Below, piece by piece: positions 29,115 through 41,769 of a stretch of DNA of 64,000 nucleotides. The notes beneath the pieces were generated by a model. The model searched no databases and had not been told where the DNA came from. It saw only the letters and a program-made list of their open reading frames with translations. The position numbers and the translations under genes were made by a program. How positions within the stretch are numbered: the stretch's first letter is position 1; each line of letters starts with the position of its first letter. Source of the DNA: Eledone cirrhosa (Eukaryota); the NCBI GenBank assembly GCA_964016885.1, contig OZ024751.1:36580001-36644000 (forward strand), in the 5' to 3' direction.

Positions 29115-29337
29115 TTAACCCTTTTAATACAAACCTACCAAAAATCCACTTCTGTTATGAAACATAAGCAGCACCCATTTTAAATTGATTCAAATTAAAA
29201 TCTTTATATAAAAATCTTCTGTTATGTTAGACACCATCTTAATTCAAATAATTTTAGTACAATCCTTCTAAATTCTTCAGTAATTACTTCAGAAATCAGT
29301 GTATTTTGTTTAAAAACATGGTAATGAAAGGATTAAC
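29115..29337. mobile_element. TTAA-flanked MITE-like element (piggyBac-like ends)
   Basis: TTAACCCTTT...ATGGTAATGAAAGGATTAA. Related ends at about 5800-5822, 20330, 28989 and 35262-35283. Confidence 0.45.
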
Positions 29338-31997
29338 AGTGAAAACAGAGTCAACATGTATTTACATCATGACACCTTCCTTGCAGATTTCATAAAACAC
29401 AAACAGGAGAGGACCTGAACACAAGTATAAACAGTCAACGTCTAACAGTTAAAGTAAACATTAACAAGCAAGACAACAACAGCAGCAAACTTCTTGTATT
29501 CCAGTCACATCCCTTGCCTTACATTTAACCCTTTTATTCACTAGACTACACTACACTGTTTCTTTGTGAAATATTGTATATTGACAGATTTAGTGTACCA
29601 AAACGTTTCATTATTAATTAGTAAAGGGTGGTGGATTGGCAATATAGTTAGAGCATCAGACACTGCTTTACGTTGCAAGAACTACCAAGGTTAGCATTGC
29701 CTTTCATACTTACAGGGTGGAATAAAATAAAGCACCAGTAATACACTGGAGTCAATTTAATCAACTTTCCCCTCCATAAAAATTGCTGGTCTTGAGCCTA
29801 AATTAGAAACCATTATTAATTATTAAATCAAAGAACCTTTACAGAGTCGATTGATATAAAATTATGGTGGAAGACATTTGCAATTTGAAATGAGGTTTTT
29901 GTATCATAGAAGCAGGTGGTCTTCGATAATTTGGCAGTTCGATTTAACTGAGATTCATTTGGTCTTATGTTTCACTGTCCTTCAGTTACGAATGGCTGGT
30001 TATGGTTAATGCATATAGCTGCAGGTTTATATTAAAGTAAAGCATAACTAGTTACTATATAGCTTCTGGTTATGGTATAACTGACTAGCTAAGCTATATG
30101 ACATGATGCGGTCATGTACAGATAGAGGTTATAGTATCAAGAGAGTGAGATATAGAGATAACTTTTGATAGGTTTTGGCCAGTATTGGCCCAGGACATGT
30201 CTAACTTAACAGCACCAAATGGCAGTGCCAACCATGCTAGTAGACACATGGACCATCCACAATCAACTGACCCTCCGAAACGATTGTAAAACAATGAACT
30301 AACTAACTACCTACCTCTGACTTCTGTCTTTCATTGTTCTATGCACAAACACATTTATATATATATATATATATATATACATATACACACATACATACAC
30401 ACACCTGCATGGTATAGTATGACTAATGTACAGCTGTATAGTATAACATATCTGACTAGTTAATACTAATATCTATAACTATGGTATTAGTTTGACTAAT
30501 GTACAGTTGTATGGTGTAATACTATAATATGCCTGACTAGTTAAATGCTAATATTCACAGTTGCAGGTTATGACATGGTATGGCAGATATTTGCAACAAC
30601 AATAATTACAGGCAAGATTTCATTACATCAACACACACATCAAACAACAGAGAGACACACACACACACACACAAGCCATCAATCATTGCCAAGGTCTTCA
30701 TAAAACACAGATTGGTCCAACTGAAAAATGGTTACATTCTCTGCATGCCCCCCCCTCCCCTCTCTCTCTGCATTTCCCTCCGGTTTTCTCTGTACCTCAT
30801 TCTGCAAGCCCCCTGTACCTTGCATGTCCTGTCTCTGCACGCACTTCTCTCAGCAGATCTCTCTCTCAACATGTACCTCTCTCTCTCAACATGTACCTAT
30901 CTCGCTCTCTCAACATGTACCTCTCTCGCTCTCTCAACATGTACCTCTCTCTCTCAGCAGATCTCTGCATGTACCCCTCTCTCTCAATTACACATTCCTA
31001 ATTCTGCTGTTAAACATTAAACTAGCAATTGTAACAACAAATCAGTATTGTTTGAGAGAACCCAGAATAGATTGACAATACAATGGAAATGATCTAACAG
31101 AAATTACAGAGACAGGGGGGAGGAGGAGCAAGAGGAAGAAGGAAATGAGGGGGGAGGAGAGAGGAAGTGGGGGGTAGGGAAGTAGAGGAAAGTGGAAACA
31201 GTGAGAGGAAGTTGATGGAAGAGTGGGAGGAAGTTGATGGAAGAGGAGGAGATGGGTGAAAGAGAGGAGGAGGAAGAAGGGGAGATGGGTGAAAGAGAGG
31301 AGGAGGAAGAAGGGGAGATGGCTGAAAGGAGGAGGAGGCAAAGGAGGAGAAAGAGGAGGAGATTTATACTTGAAATATTTCCAAAAATAGAAACAAGATA
31401 CAAAATTAGGTTCACAGCTGAATTAACCTTTGAATATAAATCTCACATGAAAGACCCCCCCCCCCCTCCCAACACCAGTACCCAGCTTTCCCCTAGAGAG
31501 AAAGAGAGAAAGAGAAAATGACTTTTTTTTTTCAGATGTTTTGTTTTTGTTTGTTGTATGAAAGTTATATTTTTCAATGTTATGGCAACAACCATCATGA
31601 GAAGAATATTAAAAATACATCAGCTCACATCAGATTCAGATAAAAATTGTCTAATACCAACTAACACCATAAACTTACAGCTTTCAGGTATTCACTAATA
31701 AATAAAAGCTAATAAAAAAATAAAATAAATTCTACCTGAACAGGAATATCAGGTTTTCATTAAGGCAAGCGAAAAAAAAACAAACAAAAAAAAAGCAATG
31801 GTTTTTCGTGTGGTGTGTGTAAAATAGCTGTTCACATGGCATACCTTGTTTTATTTTTTCCACCCCACTCTACAAAATTAACAGTGCTTACTTGCTATAT
31901 ATATATATATATATATATAAATATATATATAAGTTTATCCCGTGTTCAATCGGGATAAGTAAGGTACTCAATACAAAGAGTATAAATATTTAATATT

Positions 31998-32100
31998 GAA
32001 AAGCTTCTACAGGACTAGAACTGTTTCATTCGGGAGAAATCATCAGGCTACCTGATGATTTCTCCCAAATGAAACAGTTCTAGTCCTGTAGAAGCTTTTC
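31998..32100. ncRNA. Family A palindrome: two head-to-head type I hammerhead motifs
   Basis: 50-bp arms, 1 mismatch, 3-nt spacer. Plus strand 32047-32095 reads GCUAC-CUGAUGA-UUUCUCCCAAAU-GAAA-CAG-UUCUAGUC-CUG-UA-GAAGC (intact CUGAUGA/GAAA core, GUA cleavage triplet). Confidence 0.75.
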
Positions 32101-33469
32101 TATATACATATATATATATATACATTTGTTTATATATGGGTATGTGTGTGTATACGTGTGTGTGTGCGTATATATGTATGTATGTGTGTGTATATATAAT
32201 GATGGAAACATGGAACTAGAACACAATGGAAGTGAAGGTTTACTGCATGCTTCATTGCATATAATATTAAAACAAAATAGAAACAAGGAGAAAAACATTT
32301 AAAGAGTTAAATGTTTTGATTAAGATCTTTAGCTGTTCCATCCCTTCTCTCCATTATCGTGGCGTTTAATGTGTGGCAAGAAGATAGATAAGAGCCATAG
32401 GAGATGATTTAGATATTAAAGGAAAATAGTTAATAATGAAGGACCATATTGTAAGTAGACAGCTTTTGTTTGGTTTTATTTTTTATTTTCATAGGAAACT
32501 ATATTGCAAACAAGATGAGCTAATATGTTATTACTTTGTGAAACACTTGGATAGATAGCTAGATAGATAGATAGAAAGATGTAGATGATAAAGGTTGAGG
32601 AATAGAGAAAGAAAGAAATATTGAGAGAGACAGGGATAGATACTATGCTGGCCCGAGGCCCTGCCAATACCAGATTTTTAATAAAATTCTCTACAATTTT
32701 CAAATCATTTAAAAAATATGTAAGGATTTAGTCTCATAACTTTTTCATTAAGCTGTTTGAGAGAACCCAACAAAAGTTCTTATTTAAAATTATGATGGAA
32801 GGCTTTTGGATAAATATAAACAACTAAGCTCTTTTGATAAAAAATTTTATGAATGACGCTGTTTATGATTTTCAAGAATTTGGATGGATTCAATATCTTT
32901 CTAAGATATAAGCTGATTTTTAGAACAGCTTGGAATATCCAACAGTTAAAAGAATGAAGTAAATCTATTCACAATATCAAAAAGCACAATACTACTGCCA
33001 AGATTCTCACCAGAATCAAGGACATTGTCATAATTAAGGCATTCAGGAAGCCAGCCACTTAGTGGAGCCAGTACTGACTCCTTCACCCACTTATTCCTGA
33101 GAGGGTCGCAGGTGCAGAGTCCTCAAACACTATCCAGCAGATCCTGTCAGAAGCAACCGCCTCCAACTGATCCATCTCGATCCCAAAGTGAGATCAGCCG
33201 AGGTAATGGATTAAACCGACTTGTATTTAAAAAAACAAAAAACAAGTTGGCAATTTTGTTTTTATGTGAAGCCCCAAATAGCTCCCTCGCTTCAGGTGCA
33301 AGATTTGGTCCTAACCTTGTTCATAGCCTTTGCTAAATTTAATTCAAATATATTTACAATTAGGTTTAAAAAAAAAAAGAAAAGAAAAAGAAAAATTTCC
33401 AACTGAACAATATTTTTTTTCAATGAATGGGAGCTGATAATTCCCAGGATGCATCTCACTTGAGTTACA

Positions 33470-33570
33470 ACAGCCAATCAGATTCCTCTTCCCACCTTGA
33501 CCAAATAACTAAACATAATAGCACACACACACAGTATAAAAGAGGCTAGCTAACAAGACTATCACAAGGC
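33470..33570 (+). promoter_or_regulatory. Candidate CCAAT + TATA core promoter, antisense to mex-3
   Basis: AGCCAATCAG (CCAAT 33474-33478), TATAAAAG (33535-33542) and a TCA whose A (33564) is 29 nt from the TATA start. Confidence 0.4.
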
Positions 33571-34258
33571 CGGACACAAATCTAACAGAATAACGCTATT
33601 GCAATAATGTTGACTAACAACACTACTGCCCTACACAAGATACTTAACAAAAAACGTGTGTGAGTATTAAATGTATGTCTGTAAAGGCAGATGTATCTAC
33701 ATGTTTAGTCATGTGTACATTTTGAATGTGCATAGCTGTTAAGTGAATGTGTTTCTGTTAAGTGAGTGTGTTTCTGTTAAATGTGCGCGTATCATATGAC
33801 CCAGTGTGCATGCGTTAAATGTATATGTGTACATACCTTAAATAATGCGCGAGTGCATGTGTGTGTTAAGAATGCACAAACAAACATTTGACATAACTCA
33901 AGTGTCAAATCAGTGCTTTGTATTGTGTAAATGTTTAAAAACAAACACCTGATTAAACTCAGGTAAAATAAAGACAGGTAAAACAGAAACTAAGGTACAT
34001 GTGAAGTATGTTATGGAAGTATTTGGAAGGAGGTGAATATTTAGAAGTTGAAGGTCATGGTATTTCATTGAATACAGAAATGTGGTACATTTAAAGAGGG
34101 GAGGAGGGTAGTGAAGGAACATGGCTTAATGGTTAGGGCGTTTGGCTTGTGATCTTAAAGCCGAGGGTTTGAATCCCAGCAAAGTTTTTTGTCCTTTAGC
34201 AAGTTTTATTATTTCACATTGCCCAGGTTCACACAGCTGGCAAAAATGAGTTGTACCT

Positions 34259-34469
34259 TTAATCCTTTAGCATTTACATTACTCTATATATACTATTATA
34301 TTTTCATGGTAAAGGCTTTACCTCACATAATATTGAATCTACGAGATTGATTTTTATTTTGAGAACAATACTTTAACATAAGTATAAGCAGCCGGTTACA
34401 GCTGGTTTGAACAGAAAGAGGTGAGAGAATTCTGGCCGGATATGGCCGGTTTAAATGCTAAAGGGTTAA
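34259..34469. mobile_element. TTAA-flanked MITE (piggyBac-like) inserted in a SINE
   Basis: Terminal inverted repeats TTAATCCTTTAGCATTTA...TAAATGCTAAAGGGTTAA interrupt a SINE whose head starts near 34118. Related copy at about 7138-7228. Confidence 0.65.
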
Positions 34470-35387
34470 TTCTAAAAGCCAGAATTGTCATGCCTAGTAA
34501 TTTTGATATAATGACGTGTGCGTGGAGTACTCAGCCATTTGTATATTAAGTTCATGAGGTGGCTGATCTTTTGACCATAACTGGGAGACTTGTCATGAAA
34601 CCCCCACAGAGGTCCAACAACAGGGACAAGAGAGTGGTCGAAAAAAATGTGTTAGAAAGTTAGAAGAGAGAATGAAGAAAAGGGTGCCCAAGGAGAATAA
34701 AGTGGAAAGGTGGAGTTAACCCTTTTAATTGTCAGGACCATGGGGCCAACACGTAGGCCCCCTTTTGCTTATAGTGAGATGGGGAGAGCAAGATAGACAT
34801 AGGGAGTGACAATGGGAATTTGATTCTATTATGTTCAGTCCTTGTTAGGAATATTTTTTATATTCCATTTGTTATATTTTAGTAAGCATATTCCTATATT
34901 ATATTACCCTATAAAATAATTGAACGCTTATTCAATAAAAAAAAAAAGCTACTCTTTTCAACTGTAAATATCTACAAATGTTTGTAGTATTTTTATTAGT
35001 GGACAGATCCTTGTAAAACATTACAGTAAATTTAAGTAAATGCTTTACTTTTTAATTCAGTGTTGTTTTGTACTTAATTCTTGTTAAAGTTCTTTCATGT
35101 GATACAAAACGTTAAGAGTGTTAATATCTAAAGTAAACCCTATTAATTTTATCTGTCAACATTGTTTTATGTTAAACTAAATCCTTTCAAATTGCTGAGT
35201 GTTTTTACTGTTTTAATATTTCAAAATTAATTGAAATGCAGGCAATGTGTATTTTCATTAAAATATGGTTATGCAGGGGTTAATGGAAGAATAAACAGGA
35301 AACAAAAAGAGCTAGAAGTGATTTGCAGTATAAAGATGAAAGAGTTGGGAATAAGAAAGGGGACAGTGAGGAACAAACAGTGAAAAG

Positions 35388-35557
35388 AGGGAGGTTTAGC
35401 TCTTCATAGCTGGTTCTATGATACTAACCCTTTACCCTACTTCTGGGGAAGTTTAGCTCTTCATAGCTGGTTCTATGACACTAACCCTTTACCCTACTTC
35501 TGGGAGGTTTAGCTCTTCATAGCTGGTTCTATGGCACTAACTCTTTACTCTACTTCT
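35388..35557. repeat. Three tandem copies of a ~56-bp unit
   Basis: GGGAGGTTTAGCTCTTCATAGCTGGTTCTATGA(T/C)ACTAACCCTTTACCCTACTTCT repeated three times with small differences. Confidence 0.9.
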
Positions 35558-36327
35558 AATTAAAAAACACAGCCAGTGATTTTCAAAATGAATATAGAAG
35601 GGTTTAGTACTATAATTAACTTAATTCATTATTTAACTAGTATTTGTGTTTTTAGATAAATATAAGCACAAAAAAAAGATTTGTATCATAGAACCAAATG
35701 GTTTGTTTTCATATTTAAATCAAAACTTTTCCTAATTTTATGCAAAAATCGTTTAAGTTATGTTCCAAACACCAGCTTAATAATGGAGTGTTTAGTTTCG
35801 CTTATTCTACATCTATCTAAATTTTAGATTATTTTCAAAATGAACTAAAACGCTCAGTGTATTTCCTTAGAAATAGAAACACGAGAGGGTTACACAAACT
35901 GACGAAGAAATAGAAAAATACTTAGAGGAAAGATTGTTTGAGTATGTGTGTGAGGAGAGGGTTTTATTTGATGACAATAGTGGTAGCAAGGAGAGAAAAC
36001 TAATGTCACATTTAGTTTAAAATATTGTGTCCAAGAGATTGGTTTTCTTTAAGACATACCAAAGTATAAAATCAGAAATGGATGTGATAAATAGCACACA
36101 CACACACACACAGAGAAAAAGACGTGTTGAATGTGTATGTATGTGTGTGTTGTAGTGTGATGGAAGCAAATAACAGTAGCAAATGTTATGTGTATATTCT
36201 TTTCCTTCATGACACCACCCAACAACAAAATTCAACAAGCCTAAACTAGCCAACACAAACCACATTAATACAATTACCAAGTCAAAGATCCTTCATATAT
36301 GAATTCAGTAAATGTATATGTACAGTA

Positions 36328-36369
<42 letters not shown>

Positions 36370-37324
36370 ACAATGTATATGCCTATATCTGTACAAACAA
36401 TTATTGTACTGAGAACAGTTATGTAATCAGCAAGATATAATCAAACCTCAGGGTAAACTAAATACGAGTAAATATGAGTAGCTGGTTACAACTGGTTTAA
36501 ACAGAAATACACAGTAAACTAAATACGATAATAGACCTCTAGTTACAGTAGGTGAGTTTGATCCATCATGTCAGTACCAAGTACTCTTTAGTAATGATCC
36601 ATTTATTGAAACAGTTCCCAGATATAAAGGTGCATAATATGTTACAATGCAGGCATATATCCAGCTACCAGGCACAAAACCTGTTACAATACACGCAAAG
36701 TTACAAGTTATAAAACAACTCATGTTACAATACAGGTACACAACCTGCGTAACAAAGCACATACCCAGTTACAAGGCACACAATACCCCATATTACAACG
36801 TATAAAGGTACACAGCATCTTACATAACATGTAAAAGTGTAAACAAAGATTCACACACACAGTACAGTTACCAGGCAGCAAAACTGGTGAATGCAACTTG
36901 CATTAGGAAGGAAGCCCACTGTAAGGTGAAACAGCTGATGCAGCAGGTGTCACTGGCTGTTCTTTGTGGAAATTCTTTCTCTTGCCCACAGGGCTTAGCT
37001 GAGATATATTGCTGAGCCAAGGATGCAAAGTTCCCCCTCCTGAAAGAATTTGCCCCCTGTCCTTTTTCTTTCTCTCTTCCTGTTTATCTGTTCAAATAAA
37101 TACAAAAAGTTTAGATACTGTTAACCCTGTAGAGGTCAGCCAATTGGTTATAAAGCTAACCTAATCACAGAACCATGGCTAGTATCACACGTGTGTGTGT
37201 GTGACATTAGTTAAATATATATATATATATGCAAGTCTATGTTTATGTATATATGCATATTTACATATACACATGCATACATATAATCATATTTATATAG
37301 ACAGGAAACAGCATATGTATATAT

Positions 37325-37368
<44 letters not shown>

Positions 37369-39640
37369 ATGCAAATGTATGTGGGATATTACAGTGAAAC
37401 TGGCTTGCTTCCATTATTGTATCGCTACAACTCTATTAGACATTCTTTGGTTTGTCAGCACAGTAAATATCACAAGGAATGCACCTCTGCTGTCTGTACA
37501 AACTGCACATTCTGTGTTGGCTTTCAAATCAGATCCTAAAGTCTTGCCTTTTCAGGAAATATCACCAGTGAACTGCCTTCAAAATCTAAGGGTTATATGA
37601 ATAAATGAATGAACAGTAATGGTGTCTGAACATTGGCATTGAGGGTGGTATCATGATGTGGTTTAAATATTTGGGATTAGCAAGACTTGTCAGAGTGCTT
37701 TGTGGTGTTTGTTTCAGCTCTTTACATTCTGAATTCAAATCCCACTAAGATCAAGTTTGTCATTAATCCTGAAGACCATAGGAATGTTTTGAGTGATACA
37801 TGGTTGGTTTTATGAATGGCATCCAGCTGTAGAAATGAAACCAAAATACAGATCCATATGAGCAAGACGTAATCTCTAGACCTGACTTCTCTCAATGTGA
37901 CAACCCATCCAAGTGTGGGAAAATAGATGTTAAATGATGACATATATCATACAAACACACCTGGCTAGTGAGGGCCTGAGAAAACACTAACACATTCAAT
38001 ACCTTATTTCTAATGAACCTCACTACCTACAATTTCCAATTTTGAAAATAACCAAGAGTGTGCAGGGATTTATTAAACTAAATTTTTCATTAAACTAGTG
38101 TTTGGAGTATAAATTTTGTTTTTATATAAATCTATCAATGTTTGAATATTAATAAACACAGAAATAAACAGCTTAACATAACACCAAGGGTAGTTTCGTG
38201 TGTTTTGATATCAAAGGGATTAAATTCAATGCAGGAATGTATCAAGTGCCTTGCTTAAATAGGTCCCTACCACTGGGATAAATGTCAGATTAAATATGGA
38301 AGATCTAGCAATTGTATTGGGTAATGATACATTGTTCCTTGTGCATTCTTCAGATACATCAGACCATGTGCATGTTAAGAAAATTATGCAAGACATGCAG
38401 AAAGATAATCTGGATGGATCCTAAAAATATTCAGAACATGCACTCAAGGGCATGCTTGTTCTCTCAAAGCATTTGTTGTCAGTTGCTTTAATTCTTGCTC
38501 CAGTTATGTTCATCCTGTACTGCCCTACTTAATCCAATTCACTGGGTGAACTACTGGGAGAGGTTGAAAGCTTTTGAAGTTATATACTTGGAAAAAGCAA
38601 AGCAATGCTATGCAATTGGCTATATATGGAAAGTTGAAGGACTAACAACAAACTTTGGCATTGAAAGCTATACAAATTTACAAACAAGAGACCATATTTT
38701 CTCTTCCTTTTAACTGTCTTGTCAGGGTGGAATTGACAGCACTTAAAACCCTATTCAGAAACTGAAGTTAGTGAAAGGGAAAAAGGGGGGGGGGGAGTTA
38801 TTGTGAAGCCAGAGAAAGGACCAAATGATTGCAACAGAGTTGATCCCACTAAGGGCACCCAAGGGCCTAGATGGTGGTCGTCAGGTTTCATCAGGCAAAT
38901 ACACTACCACCCTGCCCTAATTCTGCTTCAAGAAGGTGCTACCACAACACAAGTCCCAATAATCATAGCCCTTCAATGTTCTTCCTCAAAACATAAGATA
39001 TGTAGAATGGATGTGGTAATGCAGTGTTAAGGTATACATAAATGAAATAGATGTAATACTACAGTGTTAGGGTCTATATAAGTGGAGTATATGTAATACT
39101 AGTGTTAAGGTATATATAAATGATATGGGTGTAATACTGGTGTGTTAATGTATATATATTAATGTGGAATGGGTTTAAAACTATTGTGTTATGGTATAAG
39201 TAGTCATAATACTGTTAAGGTGTATATAAATGAAGTAGGTCTACTTGGAGAAAAACATTTATGTTGCCCCAGTATATTCAGCTGAAAATGAGTACCAGTA
39301 ATAGTTGAGGGTTTATTGTATCTTGTGCACAGATGATTCATGCCACGAAACCGTGATAAGCCCCGGCCTAACGAACTTTCTGGCTTCAGACAGACTTTCA
39401 TGAAGGGTCTCAATATTCTGCAAAGAACAATTTCTGATGAAGTAACAAACATTATTAAAATAGACATGAAAGTGCCCCAGCAAAGGCGCAGTCAAATGAC
39501 TCGAACCAACAAAATATATACCCACATATATGCATTTATGCATGTGTAGACATACATGATCATGTAAACAAAATTGTCAATATATTCATGTATATAAATA
39601 TGTATGCATATATGTATACATATATGTATACATATATATA

Positions 39641-39739
39641 CAAGGTGTTCCAAAAAATGTATACACATCGATTACCTGAACAGGCAAATATCTATTAGAA
39701 TGCTGTTGAAGTGTGTAAACATTTTTTGGCAACACGCTG
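39641..39739. mobile_element. Tc1/mariner-type MITE (~100 bp)
   Basis: Imperfect TIRs CAAGGTGTTCCAAAAAATGTATACAC/GTGTAAACATTTTTTGGCAACACGCTG in TA context. Second partial copy at 53974-54037. Confidence 0.65.
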
Positions 39740-39797
39740 TGTATGTACATATATGTAAAATATGTACATATGTAAAATAATTTGTATATATATCTAT

Positions 39798-40060
39798 CTA
39801 AGGCGGGTAAAATTCCCAAGATCCATGGACGAGTTCTCTCCAGCGGTCTCTGTCCCTCATTATCGCTGCCATGTCCTGCGTCTCCAACAGACCAGTGTCT
39901 GTCCTTAGGGCATCAACATACGTTAACCTTGGTCTTCCTCTTCGAGTGTGTCCATGTAGGGGCTCCCAAAGGAGCACTGAGTGCAATGTCAACTCTGGAT
40001 GCCGGTGAGCATGTCCAGCTAACCTCAGTCTCCTCTGTGTCACTTTTGAGCTGACTTTTG
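39798..40060 (-). mobile_element. RTE-clade LINE ORF 3' end (5'-truncated)
   Basis: QRRLRLAGHAHRH...RRGRPRLTYVD...RDRDRWRELV is the typical RTE C-terminal signature. Confidence 0.8.
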
Positions 40061-40140
40061 GGATCTAACAGCACTAGAGTTAGAGCCCCTAATTACACTG
40101 TCAAGGAGCAGCTTGGTGGTTATGACTGCTGGCTTAGAGC

Positions 40141-40186
<46 letters not shown>

Positions 40187-40298
40187 GTTTCTACTTTTGG
40201 CACAAGGGCCAGCAATTAGTGTATTACTGGTACTTTATCTTATTGAACCTGTAAGGATGAAAGTCAATGTACGTAAGGTATGTGTGTATATATATATA

Positions 40299-40340
<42 letters not shown>

Positions 40341-40342
40341 GA

Positions 40343-40814
40343 GGTTATATTTAATTTGTTGGGATTCAACAAGCTTAAACATTTTTATAACTGATATAAA
40401 GCACTCAACAATTTAGTGGAGTAAATACACAATATATTAATAAATGGAAACTATATTTATAAAACCATATTTATTTTATTATATATATTTATTTCAAGGG
40501 CAACCAAGGCAAATTATGGTGCGCTTTCATCAGATAAAATACAGATTTGTTTTATAAATAAATATTGACATACCCGGAAAAAAGACAACCTTAACGGTTG
40601 GAGCTCCCTGGACTATCCATGACTATCCAGAGAGCTCCAACCGTTAAGGTTGTCTTTTTTCCGGGTATGTCAATATTTATTTATAAAACAAATCTATTTT
40701 ATCTGATGAAAGCGCACCATAATTTGCCTTGGTTGCCCTTGAAACATATATAATAAAATAAATATGGTTTTATAAATATGGTTTTATAAATATAGTTTCC
40801 ATTTATTAATATAT
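40343..40814. mobile_element. Family D fold-back element (~380-bp palindrome 40431-40814) with minimal hammerheads
   Basis: Near-perfect arms around a centre at about 40612-40627. Plus strand 40695-40760 reads UAUUUUAU-CUGAUGA-AAGCGCACCA...UGGUUGCCCUU-GAAA-CAUAUA-UA-AUAAAAUA. Flanked by (TA)n. Confidence 0.75.
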
Positions 40815-41379
40815 TTATATATATATATACACACACACACACACATACAATCACCGCTATATATGTTTAAATCTAAGGATGCGTACGTGAGTGTATAGTA
40901 CCTTCCATAAAGCGAGGCACTGCGAGCCTCAAGTGAAATGCGTGTAGGTGTGTGTGTGTACTTGGCTTCGTGTGTATACTTGACTTCGAATGCGCTTGTT
41001 TATATATGTGTGTGTGTGTTAGCAGATGAAATGAATAGAAATGTGTTGGAGGTGAATAACAGAGACAGAAGACGAGCAGCCAAAGCAGAGAAAACACGAT
41101 GGATGAGGTACACACACACACACACACACTGGGCTAGATAGACACGAACAGGGTGAATAGCACCAGCTCAGACGACCTACTAGGTATAGAAATTGTTACC
41201 CAATATATATAGAGAGAGAGACACACACTCTCTATACACACCCAACCAAAAAGTTGAGATCTGAATAAGAAATAGCACAGAAGTTCATCGAACAACCAGC
41301 TCGCTTTGCTGGAACACCATAGCTGTGTAATAAAATGTGTACATTATATATGTATACACACACACACACATATATATAC

Positions 41380-41726
41380 ACAATATATTAACAAATGAAA
41401 CTATATTTATAAAACCATATTTATTTCATACATATTTCAAGAGCCACCAGAGTAAACTATGGTGCGCTTTCATCAGATAAAATATAATATAGGTTAGTTT
41501 TATAAATAAATATGTATTTATAAAACTAACCTATATATTTTATCTGATGAAAGCTCACCATATAGTTTGTTCTGGTGGCCCTCTAAATATGTATAATGAA
41601 ATAAATATGATTTTATAAATATAGTTTCCATTTGTTAATATATTGTATATTTACTCCAATAATTTGTTGAGTGCTTTATATCAGTTATAAAAATATTTTG
41701 CTTGTTGTATCCCAACAAATTAAATA

Positions 41727-41731
<5 letters not shown>
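41380..41731. mobile_element. Second family D fold-back element
   Basis: Palindromic around about 41510. Minus-strand CUGAUGA-AAGCGCACCA...UGGUGGCUCUU-GAAA; the tail at 41640-41731 is the reverse complement of 40343-40435. Confidence 0.7.
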
Positions 41732-41769
<38 letters not shown>

